64,000 bases of DNA from Rickettsiales bacterium. GTDB lineage: Bacteria > Pseudomonadota > Alphaproteobacteria > Rickettsiales > UBA998. The position numbers and the translations under genes are program-made. The notes beneath the pieces were generated by a model. It was given only the letters and a program-made list of their open reading frames with translations. It was not told the DNA's origin and made no database searches. Of the stretch, positions 9,349 to 19,519 are shown in pieces (position 1 is the stretch's first letter; every line of letters starts with the position of its first letter). The DNA lies in NCBI GenBank assembly GCA_024304995.1, contig JAMWZD010000002.1, positions 647,740 through 711,739 on the forward strand, written 5' to 3'.

Positions 9349-10556
9349 AAAGATGCTAATACCTCTTGCGGATCACGTTGTAAAAATTGTTTGATATTGC
9401 GCACAGCCTGACGCAGGCGCTGCTTATTTTCAACAAAAGCAATGCGCACATGCCCATCACCATATTCGCCGAACCCAATACCTGGGGCGACTGCCACTTC
9501 AGCATATTTGATGAGAGCCTGAGAAAAGGCAAGCGAGCCTGCTTCTTTATATTGTTCGGGCAGGGGAGCCCATAAAAACATGCTCGCCTCTGGCGCTTCA
9601 ACTTTCCAGCCTGCAGCGTTTAACCCTTCCACCAATATATCACGCCGTTCTTTATACATCGCGCGCACTTCTTCCACACATTGCTGCGAGCCGTTAATCG
9701 CAGCAGCAGCTGCAACCTGCACTGGGGTGAATGCCCCATAATCCAGATAGGATTTAATGCGGGTGAGCGCGGCAATCAGCGTTTTGTTGCCTGCGGCAAA
9801 ACCAATGCGCCAGCCTGCCATAGAATAGGTTTTGCTCATTGTGGTAAATTCAATCGCAATATCCTTTGCACCTTTTGCTTCCAGAATGGATGGTGGTGGC
9901 GTGTCACCAAAATAAATCTCGCAATAGGCGAGATCAGAGATAATCCAGATGCCATGTTCTTTGCAGATATCCACTGCTTTCTGATAAAATGCCAGATCCA
10001 CCACTTCGGAAGTAGGGTTGCAGGGATAGTTTAAAATGAGCGCGGTTGGCTTTGGGTTGCAATGACGAATGGCGCGTTTGAGCTGATCAAAAAAGTTGAT
10101 TTCAGGAGACTTTGGCAGCTGCCAGACAGATGCTCCTGCAATGAGCGAACCATAGGGATGAATTGGGTAGCTTGGGTTTGGAACCATGACCACATCCCCC
10201 GGCCCTGTGATGGCAGAAAGCAGATTTGCCAGCCCTTCTTTGGAACCAATCGTCACCACCATTTCGCTTTCAGGGTCAATATCCACATTAAAGCGGCGTT
10301 TATAATAACCTGCCTGTGCTTTTCGCAGTCCTTTAATGCCTTTAGACACGGAATAACGATGGGTTTTGGGATCAAGCACAGCTTCGCGCATTTTCTCCAC
10401 AATATGTGGCGGGGTGGGCGTGTCAGGATTGCCCATTCCAAGATCAATAATATCTTTGCCCGCTGCACGATCCTGCGCTTTTTGCTTGTTTACTTCAGCA
10501 AAAACATAAGGTGGTAGCCGTTTAATACGGTAAAATTCATCTTCAAGTACGGTCAT
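9345..10556 (-). CDS. Class I/II PLP-dependent aminotransferase (AlaC/DapL-like)
   Basis: 'RLPPYVFAEVN', 'LGMGNPD', 'NYPCNPT', and 'SKTYSMAGWRIGF' with the PLP lysine context. Confidence 0.85.
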   Translation of the reverse strand: MTVLEDEFYRIKRLPPYVFAEVNKQKAQDRAAGKDIIDLGMGNPDTPTPPHIVEKMREAVLDPKTHRYSVSKGIKGLRKAQAGYYKRRFNVDIDPESEMVVTIGSKEGLANLLSAITGPGDVVMVPNPSYPIHPYGSLIAGASVWQLPKSPEINFFDQLKRAIRHCNPKPTALILNYPCNPTSEVVDLAFYQKAVDICKEHGIWIISDLAYCEIYFGDTPPPSILEAKGAKDIAIEFTTMSKTYSMAGWRIGFAAGNKTLIAALTRIKSYLDYGAFTPVQVAAAAAINGSQQCVEEVRAMYKERRDILVEGLNAAGWKVEAPEASMFLWAPLPEQYKEAGSLAFSQALIKYAEVAVAPGIGFGEYGDGHVRIAFVENKQRLRQAVRNIKQFLQRDPQEVLASL

Positions 10557-10570
10557 TTATGCAATGTTCC

Positions 10571-12181
10571 TTAATGACGCAGTGTGGCACGCGTGGTTCC
10601 GCGCATACGGCGCAGCGTGTTATATTTTGATTGGGCAATGCGTTCCCCACGACGCGCACGCATAGATGGAGGAGGGGTCAGTGTGATAGGACCCGCACTG
10701 GTATAAACGCGCTGTGGCTCTGCGACGACGGGCGCATCTCCAACCGCTATGGTGTTTTTTGCGGGGTCATATACAGGCATAAGCTCTTCTTCATAGATAT
10801 TTGGTTGCAGCGATGCCTGCTGCTGCATTGGTGCCTGATAGGCTGGTGCGGCTTGCGGGGCTACGGGCTGATACACAGGCTGTTGCTGTGTCACAGGTGC
10901 AGCGGTGATATCTTCCATGCTATATTCAGACTGGGTTACATATTCATTAGCGGGCAAAGCAGCAACTTCCACTTCCACAGGCTCATAAGCAGGTTGTGGT
11001 GGCAAAGCAATAGGCTGCTGTGAAAAATCAATATTTGCAGTGTTCACAGGTTGCTGAGAATATTGTTGTTCATATGCAGGCTGCTGCGGGTAAGACGGAA
11101 CGCTGAGCTGCGCTGCATATTCCTGCTGAGTTACAGGCTGCGCTGCCAATAAAGGCTCGCCCTGTGGTTCAGGCACAAATTCTCTTACGCGTGGTTCTTC
11201 GCGCGGATATGCTATTTGCTCTGGCTGCTCATAATAGCTTTGCACAGGCTCCAGCGTAGATTGAGGCTGTGCAGACATGCCTGCCATTTCCTGTGGCGCT
11301 GGGGCATATTCCATCTGTGCCAGTGGCGACGGAGAAGATTCTATGATCGCAGCTGGTTGCTGTTCAAAATTATTGACGCTGTCTGGAATGTTTGCGGCAA
11401 TTTCTGGGGAATATTGATTTGCAAATGACTCTGCGTCACTGCGTATTTCTTCATAATTCTGCTGATAATCTGGTGCAGGTGGCACGCTGGCAAGTTCAGG
11501 AAATGCATTTGCCTGTGGTTCAAACTGCTGCAACGGCGAAGGCGTTTCTTCAATGACGGGAATATAATTCTGCGCGGGAGCTTGTGCATAAGTTTCATCT
11601 GCCATAGGTTCATATTGCGGCTGCGCCATCATGTCTGGTGATGGTGCATACATTTCATCAATCGTAGCAGGTGCGGGTTGTGGAATGTCGGTTGCAATCA
11701 CATGAGCTGGTGCGCTCTCCAGCGGTTCACTCTGGATGTTTGCCTGTTGCTGTTCATAGTAATATAAAGGTGAAGGTTCAGCAACGCCGCTGCTGGTGAT
11801 GAAGCCTTCATCTTCAATATAAGCAGGTGCATTAAGCGACATTGGCACTTCTTCAACTACTTCATCACTTTGAAAGGTTGAAGGTTGCGGGGCGGGTGCG
11901 GGTGAAGAAGGGTAACGGTCATATGGCGTTAATGGTTCATTCGGTGCCATCGGATTGCCAGACGGTGAACGCATATCAGATGTGCCAACCACCGCTGCTT
12001 TTTGCGTCTTCGGGTTTTTTAAAGGCGCACGTTTCGCACCAACTACCGTGTTATAACGATCAGGTTGCTTCTCAAATACACCAAGACAGCTGGTCAGCGC
12101 AAAGCAACTCACTGTAACATATGCATATTTTTTGAATCGTTGAGTTTTGTATCTATTCTGCATGTCTGGCAACCTGTACAC
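10571..12181 (-). CDS. Pro/Gln/Tyr/Glu-rich low-complexity lipoprotein (536 aa)
   Basis: Signal peptide plus lipobox 'ALTSC'. The rest is compositionally biased (P, Q, A, E, Y) with a basic C-terminal tail. Confidence 0.6.
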   Translation of the reverse strand: MYRLPDMQNRYKTQRFKKYAYVTVSCFALTSCLGVFEKQPDRYNTVVGAKRAPLKNPKTQKAAVVGTSDMRSPSGNPMAPNEPLTPYDRYPSSPAPAPQPSTFQSDEVVEEVPMSLNAPAYIEDEGFITSSGVAEPSPLYYYEQQQANIQSEPLESAPAHVIATDIPQPAPATIDEMYAPSPDMMAQPQYEPMADETYAQAPAQNYIPVIEETPSPLQQFEPQANAFPELASVPPAPDYQQNYEEIRSDAESFANQYSPEIAANIPDSVNNFEQQPAAIIESSPSPLAQMEYAPAPQEMAGMSAQPQSTLEPVQSYYEQPEQIAYPREEPRVREFVPEPQGEPLLAAQPVTQQEYAAQLSVPSYPQQPAYEQQYSQQPVNTANIDFSQQPIALPPQPAYEPVEVEVAALPANEYVTQSEYSMEDITAAPVTQQQPVYQPVAPQAAPAYQAPMQQQASLQPNIYEEELMPVYDPAKNTIAVGDAPVVAEPQRVYTSAGPITLTPPPSMRARRGERIAQSKYNTLRRMRGTTRATLRH

Positions 12182-12342
12182 CCTGTTATTCTATTGCAAT
12201 CACATTAAATGATGCTTTCATAAAAGGCAAATATTACGAAGGCTTTAATAAAAAGAAATTTGTGCAGAGATTGCAAAAATATTAGCTACATGCGAATCAT
12301 TTTCATTTGCATCTGACCTATAGTAATTCTACATTGCGGAAT

Positions 12343-13956
12343 ATGAAACAGGCAGCTTTTCCACATATTACAGCTTATGCCGCGATAACATTATTAATAG
12401 CACCTATGATGATTATTGCAGGTGCATGGCTGCCTTTAGACATTCCAAACGAATTTATTTATTTCTTTGAAAGCGGTCTGGTGGCAGATTATGCCATCAA
12501 TAGCATCATCATCACTCTTGGAACAGCATTTTGCAGCATCATACTTGGCGTGTTTCTGGCATGGTGTGTGACAATGGTGTCTTTTCCGTTCAGAACCCTG
12601 TTTGGATGGCTGCTATTGTTGCCACTGGCTATCCCGTCCTTCATTGCTGCTATGATCTATGGAGATGCGCTGGACAGTTCTGGCATGGTGCAACAAAGCA
12701 TCAGGGCGCTGTTGGGGGTGGAATATGGCGAATATTATTTCCCGTCTATACGCTCAATTGGCGGCATTATATTTATCCTGACCATTACCTTATATCCTTA
12801 TGTCTATATGGCAGTGAGAGCCGCATTTTTGATGCAATCACAACAGATGCTGGAAACGGCAAAGCTGTTAGGAACACCAAAAAGCGCCATGCTGCAAAGG
12901 GTGATGATGCCTATGGCACGACCAGCCATTGTTGCAGGTGCAGTGATTGTGGGCATGGAAGCACTGGCGGATTATGGCGTAGCATCTTTATTTGGTGTTC
13001 CCGTATTAACCACAGGCATTTTCAGAGCGTGGCAGGGTTATTATGACCCCATCACCGCGGCGCGGCTGGCTTCATTATTGTTCCTGTTCGTGCTTGCCTG
13101 CATTTCACTGGAACGTTACAGCCGAAAAGGGGCGAGATACCACAACGTCACGGCATTATATCACCCTCTGGAATTAATGCAGCTTTCACGCATCGGTACA
13201 TGGTGTGTAACATTGATATGTTCTCTGGTTATATGTGTTGGTGTCATATTTCCCGTTTGCACACTTATCTTCTGGTCGTTTAAAGCGGCAACATTATCAC
13301 TTAATGATGTGATGTCATCTCTGGCATCTTCTGCTTTTATTGGTGGTTGTGTAGCAGCTGTCTGCCTGATGGGTGCGTTATTTTTTGCTTATTTCCAGCG
13401 TTATTATGCATCACCCAAGCTCAAAATGATCAGCATAGTTGCGCTGCATGGCTATGCGTTACCAGGCACGGTGATTGCTGTTGGCGTGTTAGTGGTATGC
13501 ATTGCACTGCAAGCTGCCTTGTTTGACGGCGCTCCTGTGCTTACTGCCTCAATGATGGCGGTTGTCTGGGGATGTGTTATCAGATTTATTACCGTGTCTT
13601 ACAATAACATCAACGCATCGCTTCAGGCAGTCACTCCTGCAATGGATGATGCTGCCATCACATTAGGATATAAACAGGCAGGCATTATGAAACACGTGCA
13701 TATCCCCATGATTAAAGGGGCTATTTATACGGCATTTCTGCTGGTGTTTATTGACACCGTAAAAGAACTACCAGCCACCTTATTGCTGCGTCCATATAAT
13801 ATGACCACTCTTGCCATTAAAAGTTTTGAACTGGCAAAAGATGACCTGCTATATGACGCAGCGCCATTAGCATTATTGTTGATTGGGTTAAGCGCAGTGC
13901 CTGTGTTCCTGCTGGCAAAAAAATATGACCGCAGCAGACCAGGGGGGATTTCATGA
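12343..13956 (+). CDS. Iron(III) ABC transporter permease (two-domain FbpB/AfuB-like)
   Basis: About 12 predicted TM segments and two EAA-like loops ('ETAKLLG', 'DDAAITLG'). The ATG at 12343 is preferred over TTG at 12307. Confidence 0.8.
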   Translation: MKQAAFPHITAYAAITLLIAPMMIIAGAWLPLDIPNEFIYFFESGLVADYAINSIIITLGTAFCSIILGVFLAWCVTMVSFPFRTLFGWLLLLPLAIPSFIAAMIYGDALDSSGMVQQSIRALLGVEYGEYYFPSIRSIGGIIFILTITLYPYVYMAVRAAFLMQSQQMLETAKLLGTPKSAMLQRVMMPMARPAIVAGAVIVGMEALADYGVASLFGVPVLTTGIFRAWQGYYDPITAARLASLLFLFVLACISLERYSRKGARYHNVTALYHPLELMQLSRIGTWCVTLICSLVICVGVIFPVCTLIFWSFKAATLSLNDVMSSLASSAFIGGCVAAVCLMGALFFAYFQRYYASPKLKMISIVALHGYALPGTVIAVGVLVVCIALQAALFDGAPVLTASMMAVVWGCVIRFITVSYNNINASLQAVTPAMDDAAITLGYKQAGIMKHVHIPMIKGAIYTAFLLVFIDTVKELPATLLLRPYNMTTLAIKSFELAKDDLLYDAAPLALLLIGLSAVPVFLLAKKYDRSRPGGIS

Positions 13957-14999
13957 GCCTGAAAGTGTCACATCTTTCCTATGCGTATGCAGATACACCC
14001 ATTTTGCATGATGTCAGCTTTCAGGTGAAACGTGGGGAACTGGCGTGTCTGGTGGGGGCATCAGGGTGCGGAAAATCCACCATATTGCGGTTGATTGCAG
14101 GGCTGGAACGGGTGCAGCAAGGCATAATCGAAGCAAACGGCATTACGGTTGCATCCAAAAATCTGCATGTGGAAGCACAGACACGCAATATTGGTCTGGT
14201 GTTTCAGCATCCATCATTATTCCCGCATATGACGGTGAAGAAAAATATTATGTTCGGGTTAAAAGACCTGCCAAAGGCGAAACAATTACAGCTTTGTGAT
14301 GAAATGCTGGAACTGGTTGGTTTAAGCCATCGTGCAGAAGCCTACCCACATCAGCTTTCAGGTGGGCAGCATCAAAGAGTGGCGCTGGCACGTTCATTAG
14401 CGCCCAAACCGAAAGTGATGCTGCTGGACGAACCATTTGCCAATCTTGATAATATGCTGCGCCGTGAACTCCGCGAAGAAGTGATTGATATTTTAAAAGG
14501 TTCAGACATTCCCATTATCATGGTAACGCATGACCCTGAAGAAGCATTGATCATGGCAGATACTATGGTGCTTCTGGGGGAAGGGGGTGTGGTGCAGCAG
14601 ATTGGTTCACCTGATTCCATCCATAACGTCCCGAAAGACATGAATGCGGCGCGTTTTTTTGGGCATGTGAATGCGGTGGATGGAGTCATTGTGGGAGATG
14701 AAATTAAATCATCCCTCGGTTCACTGGATAAAACAATCTATGCTCCGCAACTGGCAGATGGCACAAAGGTCACTGTGGCAACCCGCCCTGAAGGTATTCG
14801 CATGGCGCGAAAAGGGGAACCGTGTGTTTCTGTTGCGATTGAACATATCCATCATACGGGAGCAGGGTGGCTGGTGAGTGCGAGACTGCCAGAAGGCGGG
14901 CAGATTAAATTTCACCATATTTACGGGAAACGACCTGACATAGGCGCGCCATGCTGCGTGGCTTACGAACCTCCTCATATTTTTATTTTTGAACAATAG
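13953..14999 (+). CDS. ABC transporter ATP-binding protein (FbpC/PotA-like)
   Basis: Walker A 'GASGCGKST', signature 'LSGGQHQRV', Walker B 'LLDEP'. ATGA overlap with the permease. Confidence 0.9.
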   Translation: MSLKVSHLSYAYADTPILHDVSFQVKRGELACLVGASGCGKSTILRLIAGLERVQQGIIEANGITVASKNLHVEAQTRNIGLVFQHPSLFPHMTVKKNIMFGLKDLPKAKQLQLCDEMLELVGLSHRAEAYPHQLSGGQHQRVALARSLAPKPKVMLLDEPFANLDNMLRRELREEVIDILKGSDIPIIMVTHDPEEALIMADTMVLLGEGGVVQQIGSPDSIHNVPKDMNAARFFGHVNAVDGVIVGDEIKSSLGSLDKTIYAPQLADGTKVTVATRPEGIRMARKGEPCVSVAIEHIHHTGAGWLVSARLPEGGQIKFHHIYGKRPDIGAPCCVAYEPPHIFIFEQ

Positions 15000-15008
15000 G
15001 AAAAAACA

Positions 15009-16031
15009 ATGAAACATATAAAACAATTTTTTATGGCATGTATTGCGCTGGTGATGCTGGCATCCTGCGGGGAAAAAGAAGAACTTAAAGTCACGCTTTA
15101 TTCTGCGCAGACGGAACATCTCATCAAACCTGTGCTGGAAATGTTCACACGCGACACAGGCATCAAAGTCGAGCTTATCACGGGTGATAAGGCAGCTTTG
15201 GTGACGCGGCTGGAGCAGGAGGGAGAACACACACCTGCAGATGTGCTGCTGACTGCGGATATTGGCAACATTATTCAGGCAAAGCAAAAAGGGCTGCTTC
15301 AACCCATTTATTCTGAAACGCTGAAAGAAAATATTCCAGAAAACCTGCGCGACGCTGAAAGTGAATGGTTTGGTTTGACGAAGCGTGCGCGTGCCTTGTT
15401 TGTTCGCAAGGACAGCGATATTGACAATCTCAGCTATATGGATTTATCGGATGAGCAATTCAAAGAAGGCGTGTTGATTCGCTCTTCAGACAATGTCTAT
15501 AATCAATCCTTAGTCGCCGCTATGATCCATCATTATGGTTATGACAAAACGCTGGAATGGGCGAAGAAGTTTGTTGCGAATTTTGCACGCAACCCTCAGG
15601 GGGGGGATTCAGATCAGCTGAAAAGTCTGGCAGCTGGTGAAGGCAAAGTTGCAGTCGCAAATAGTTATTATTATGGTCGCATGGTGGTCACAGAATCCAC
15701 GGAGTATAATGCTAATGTTGCCAATAATGTGCAGCTTATTTTCCCAAAAGGCGATAAGATGAACACGCATATCAATATTCGCGGTGGCGGCGTGACGAAA
15801 CATGCCAAACATGCAGAAGAAGCTATGGCGCTGCTGGAATATCTTTCAAAAGAAGAAGCGCAGAATTTCTTTACACGTACCAATCTGGAATATCCTGTGA
15901 ATCCAAACGTGCAACCATATTTCGAGCTGGCAAAATGGGGAGACTTTGAAGCAGATGCCACGCATCTGGCAGAAGTGGGCGCATTGCAGCAAAAAGCGAT
16001 TAAGTTGATGGATGAGGCGGGCTGGAAGTAA
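15009..16031 (+). CDS. Fe3+ ABC transporter periplasmic substrate-binding protein (FbpA/AfuA-like)
   Basis: Signal/lipobox 'LASCG' and FbpA-like 'LYSAQTEHL...ADVLLTAD'. Confidence 0.85.
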   Translation: MKHIKQFFMACIALVMLASCGEKEELKVTLYSAQTEHLIKPVLEMFTRDTGIKVELITGDKAALVTRLEQEGEHTPADVLLTADIGNIIQAKQKGLLQPIYSETLKENIPENLRDAESEWFGLTKRARALFVRKDSDIDNLSYMDLSDEQFKEGVLIRSSDNVYNQSLVAAMIHHYGYDKTLEWAKKFVANFARNPQGGDSDQLKSLAAGEGKVAVANSYYYGRMVVTESTEYNANVANNVQLIFPKGDKMNTHINIRGGGVTKHAKHAEEAMALLEYLSKEEAQNFFTRTNLEYPVNPNVQPYFELAKWGDFEADATHLAEVGALQQKAIKLMDEAGWK

Positions 16032-16103
16032 GTTATTTACATATGTAAAGATATGCTATAGTTTTTATCAAATTTTTTTGAAAGCTATAGCTATCTTTTT
16101 TTT

Positions 16104-16595
16104 ATGAGCTATCACGGAAATGCAGCACGTATTTTCAGAATAAGACAGAAATCACAAAACTCTGGACAACAATTTATTCAGATTTGTGAAACAACCAGTA
16201 TTGTAGTTCAGGACAGAACAAAGAAAGACAAAAAATTGCCTTTCACTTTGGGTAATTTTGATGTGACGTTTGAATATTACGGTATTGTTCTGGACAAGCG
16301 AATCAAGTTTAACGCTATCAGACCTGTTATTGATGAAAACAGAAATACTATTTCTGGCTTTTCTATAATGAATGAAGGAAGAAGCGATGAGCATTGCTAT
16401 ATCGTATGCAGCACTTCAATAAAAATTGTTAGGTTGGACAATACGCTTAGCTATTATACTGATGAACCAATTCACTATATTTTCAAAGGAACAGATCGTT
16501 CCATAGCGAGGCTATATAGTGGAATGAGTTATATGTTTATAACGTCTCACGGCAGTAACAGGATTATTACCTGCCATAAGGGTTTGATTGAATAA
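16104..16595 (+). CDS. Hypothetical protein (163 aa), visibly AT-rich orphan
   Basis: The ORF is followed by a strong hairpin terminator; no motif recognised. Confidence 0.4.
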   Translation: MSYHGNAARIFRIRQKSQNSGQQFIQICETTSIVVQDRTKKDKKLPFTLGNFDVTFEYYGIVLDKRIKFNAIRPVIDENRNTISGFSIMNEGRSDEHCYIVCSTSIKIVRLDNTLSYYTDEPIHYIFKGTDRSIARLYSGMSYMFITSHGSNRIITCHKGLIE

Positions 16596-16603
16596 AACTT
16601 TTA

Positions 16604-16633
16604 AGGAGTCTGGCTTCAGACTCCTAATTTTTT
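16604..16633. terminator. Bidirectional rho-independent terminator
   Basis: Stem aggagtctg/cagactcct with loop gctt, followed by aatttttt. It overlaps the stop of the convergent M23 peptidase gene. Confidence 0.5.
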
Positions 16634-17598
16634 AACACATCCGTAGGGTCAAGCGCCTTGTTGTTTTTGCGGATGCCAAAGCCGAGTTGCGGCTGTTCCA
16701 CATCTCCCGTTTTGCCAACAAAGCCAATCAATTCACCTTTCACCACAGTGTCACCTTTGCTCACCACCACATCACTCATGTGAGAATACGTTGTCACATA
16801 TCCATCACCATGACGAATGATGACAATGTTGCCTAGGCTGGCAATATCATCCCCCACATGCGCGACTGTGCCATTTGCTGCAGAACGGATTGGTTCACCC
16901 ACCCGCGCAGCAATACCAACAGATTTTGAATCAGGATTATACGGCGTTACGATGCTGCCACGCAGCGGAGAAATGAAGCTCTGCTGGCTGACTGAGGCTG
17001 CCTTTTCATTGCCTTCTAATGTGCGCGTGCTGATAACGGGAGTATCAGACGGGTTCAGCGCCGCATATTCCTGCTCTGCTTTTGAATATTCATCATACAC
17101 CTCATCCTTGCGTTTGGAAAATGGCACTTCTGCATCCACCACTGGTTCGGGGTCACCTTTCAGAAATTCGTTAAGTTTCTCAAGGCTTTCATCTTCCTGT
17201 GGTTCAGGCAACACAGGGTCTGCGCTTCTCTGCACTTCCTTAATTTCAGGATAGTCGGTTTCTGGTGTATCAATAATTGGCGCGGGGCGCACCATATTCT
17301 GTTGATAGGTCTGCGTCACTTCATCTTCATCAATCGGAGGCAGTTCGCTGGAGGACACACCGCCGATGGAAGCAGCCACACCATAATCATGTGTATCAGA
17401 GACGTATTTTTCTTCCTGCCAGTCTGCCAGTTTTGCTCGTTGGCGGTCGCTATAGCGTGGCAATTCATTGCCGCGACTGTCATAGGTCGCCTTTTCCGAA
17501 TACACACGGTCACCGCGCAGCTCAATCGGCGCAGGGCGGTTTTGTTGGCAGGCAGCCAGTGCCATTAAAGAAGTGGTAAGCAATAAAATATGTTTCAT
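16624..17598 (-). CDS. M23/LytM-domain lipoprotein (NlpD-like)
   Basis: 'MKHILLLTTSLMALAACQ' lipobox. C-terminal LytM 'GNIVIIRHGDGYVTTYSHMSDVVVSKGDTVVKGELIGFVGKTG'. Confidence 0.8.
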   Translation of the reverse strand: MKHILLLTTSLMALAACQQNRPAPIELRGDRVYSEKATYDSRGNELPRYSDRQRAKLADWQEEKYVSDTHDYGVAASIGGVSSSELPPIDEDEVTQTYQQNMVRPAPIIDTPETDYPEIKEVQRSADPVLPEPQEDESLEKLNEFLKGDPEPVVDAEVPFSKRKDEVYDEYSKAEQEYAALNPSDTPVISTRTLEGNEKAASVSQQSFISPLRGSIVTPYNPDSKSVGIAARVGEPIRSAANGTVAHVGDDIASLGNIVIIRHGDGYVTTYSHMSDVVVSKGDTVVKGELIGFVGKTGDVEQPQLGFGIRKNNKALDPTDVLKN

Positions 17599-17666
17599 CT
17601 TACTAGATGTAAGAATGAGCGCGGGAATTTGCAACTAAAATCTTAAGTTATAATAGAAACTAAAAA

Positions 17667-18254
17667 TCAAGCCGCATAAATTGGTCGGCTGGGCATGGGG
17701 ATATGTTCAAGTTTTTTGCTTTCAAATTTGAAACCATCTTTGGTGACCAGCATCCACTGCGCATGAGCAGGTGTGCCGCCGAGTGGCAGAATCATTCTGC
17801 CGTTGCTGTGCAACTGGGTGAGCAATTCTGCTGGGATTTTAGGCATGAGCTGATTGACGAGGATTGCATCATACGGCGCGGCATCCTCCCAGCCTTCTTC
17901 TGGTGCGCTCACGGCAGATGTGACGTTCGGGCAGTGCAATCTTTCAAGCATGGCGACCATCTGCGCATCAAACGCCTTGTCTGCAGTGCTGATCACACGG
18001 CGGGAAAGCGTGGCAAGCAGAGCAGTATGATAGCCCGTATTGCGCTGCACTTCCAGCACCACGCTGCGTTTGGTCAAATTCAGTGCCTGCAGCAACTTTG
18101 CGCTGATGGTCGCATCGCGCATGGCATGGTCATCCTGTGAAAAATGATAAAAGGGAATGGTTTCCAGTGCTTTAAGCAGGGACGTGTCTACAATGCCCTG
18201 CTTGCGCAGTTCCATCAGGAACATCAATAAGCGGCTGGAATCTTCTTCTGTCAT
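17667..18254 (-). CDS. pcm: Protein-L-isoaspartate O-methyltransferase family protein with a degenerate SAM motif
   Basis: Overall Pcm-like layout and the typical pcm-nlpD neighbourhood. The glycine-rich motif I reads 'VLEVQRNTGY' instead of 'VLEIGTGSGY'. Confidence 0.65.
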   Translation of the reverse strand: MTEEDSSRLLMFLMELRKQGIVDTSLLKALETIPFYHFSQDDHAMRDATISAKLLQALNLTKRSVVLEVQRNTGYHTALLATLSRRVISTADKAFDAQMVAMLERLHCPNVTSAVSAPEEGWEDAAPYDAILVNQLMPKIPAELLTQLHSNGRMILPLGGTPAHAQWMLVTKDGFKFESKKLEHIPMPSRPIYAA

Positions 18255-19519
18255 GCTGATATACTGGTTGCACCACGCATATATGGGCGCAGCACTTCGG
18301 GAATGGTGATGCTGCCATCTGCATTCTGATAATTCTCCAGCAGTGCCACCATGGTGCGCCCGACTGCCAGACCTGAGCCATTAAGCGTATGCACGAATTG
18401 CGGTTTTTTCTCACCTGCTTTGCGGTATCGCGCTTTCATGCGCCGCGCCTGAAAATCCCCACACCATGAGCAGCTTGAAATTTCACGATATGCATCCTGC
18501 CCAGGGAGCCAGACTTCAATATCGTATGTCTTCTTCGCGCTGAACCCTGTATCGCCTGTGCAGAGTGTCATCACGCGGTAATGCAAGCCAAGTTTTTGCA
18601 AAATGGCTTCAGCGGCGCCAAGTTTGCGCTCCAGTTCCGCTTCAGCCGTGTCAGGGGTGACGATGCTGACCAGTTCCACCTTGCTGAATTGGTGCTGACG
18701 AATCATCCCGCGCGTATCGCGCCCCGCGCTTCCTGCTTCGGAGCGGAAGCAGTTGGTGTATGCGGTGAAGCGCAGCGGCAGTTCGGCTTCATCCAAGATG
18801 CTATCTGCCACCATATTCGTAAGCGGCACTTCGGAAGTGGGGATGAGCCAATGTTCACCTGTATTGTATGAATCTTCAGCGAATTTTGGCAATTGCCCTG
18901 TGCCGAACATGGCATCATCACGCACTAATGCAGGCGGCACAACTTCTTCATAGCCAAATTCAGTGGCATGAACATCCAGCATAAATTGCGCAAGCGCTCG
19001 CTCAAGCTGCGCCAGTTTAGAACGAAGAATAACGAAACGTGCGCCAGAAATTTTAGCAGCCGTTTCAAAATCCATCATGCCGAGTGCTTCTCCCAGCTCA
19101 AAATGCTGCTTGGGGGTGAAGCTGAAAGTGGGCTTTTCGCCGTGCGTATGGCGCAATTCATTTGCCTCTTCATCATTGCCGACTGGCACATTATCCGCAA
19201 ATAAATTGGGCAGGGACGTGAGCGCGGTTTGCAATTCTTCATCTTTCTCCGCAAGCCCTGCATCCAGCGTTTTAATGTCCTCATTAATGCTGACCGATTG
19301 TTCCATCAGCGCATCTGCATTCTCGCCTGCCTTTTTCTTTATGCCGATTTCTTTGGAAAGCGCATTGCGTTGAGACTGCAAATCCCCCTGCAACGTCACA
19401 ATTTCACGGCGGCGTGCATCCAGCGCTAAAATCGCATCTGCCTGCGGTTCCAGCTTGCGCTGTTTCATTGCCTCGTCAAAGGCTTGGGGGTGATTGCGGA
19501 TGAATTGTATATCGTGCAT
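18251..19519 (-). CDS. serS: Seryl-tRNA synthetase
   Basis: N-terminal coiled-coil arm plus class II core ('FRSEAGSAGRDTRGMIRQHQF', 'TLNGSGLAVGRT'). Confidence 0.95.
   Translation of the reverse strand: MHDIQFIRNHPQAFDEAMKQRKLEPQADAILALDARRREIVTLQGDLQSQRNALSKEIGIKKKAGENADALMEQSVSINEDIKTLDAGLAEKDEELQTALTSLPNLFADNVPVGNDEEANELRHTHGEKPTFSFTPKQHFELGEALGMMDFETAAKISGARFVILRSKLAQLERALAQFMLDVHATEFGYEEVVPPALVRDDAMFGTGQLPKFAEDSYNTGEHWLIPTSEVPLTNMVADSILDEAELPLRFTAYTNCFRSEAGSAGRDTRGMIRQHQFSKVELVSIVTPDTAEAELERKLGAAEAILQKLGLHYRVMTLCTGDTGFSAKKTYDIEVWLPGQDAYREISSCSWCGDFQARRMKARYRKAGEKKPQFVHTLNGSGLAVGRTMVALLENYQNADGSITIPEVLRPYMRGATSISA

Noticed and set aside
12288-12306. Fur-box-like sequence 'gaatcattttcatt' upstream of the iron ABC operon
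   Set aside because: It matches only about 9 of 12 positions of one part of the gammaproteobacterial Fur consensus by eye. Alphaproteobacteria often use other iron regulators (Irr, RirA) with different sites. This is not enough to call.
12531-13046. 171-aa alternative-frame ORF inside the ABC permease gene
   Set aside because: It overlaps the permease in another frame of the same strand. The permease frame gives coherent TM segments.
14721-15302. 193-aa ORF antisense to the ABC ATPase / substrate-binding genes
   Set aside because: It spans the junction of two well-supported plus-strand genes and has no motif. It is an antisense artefact.
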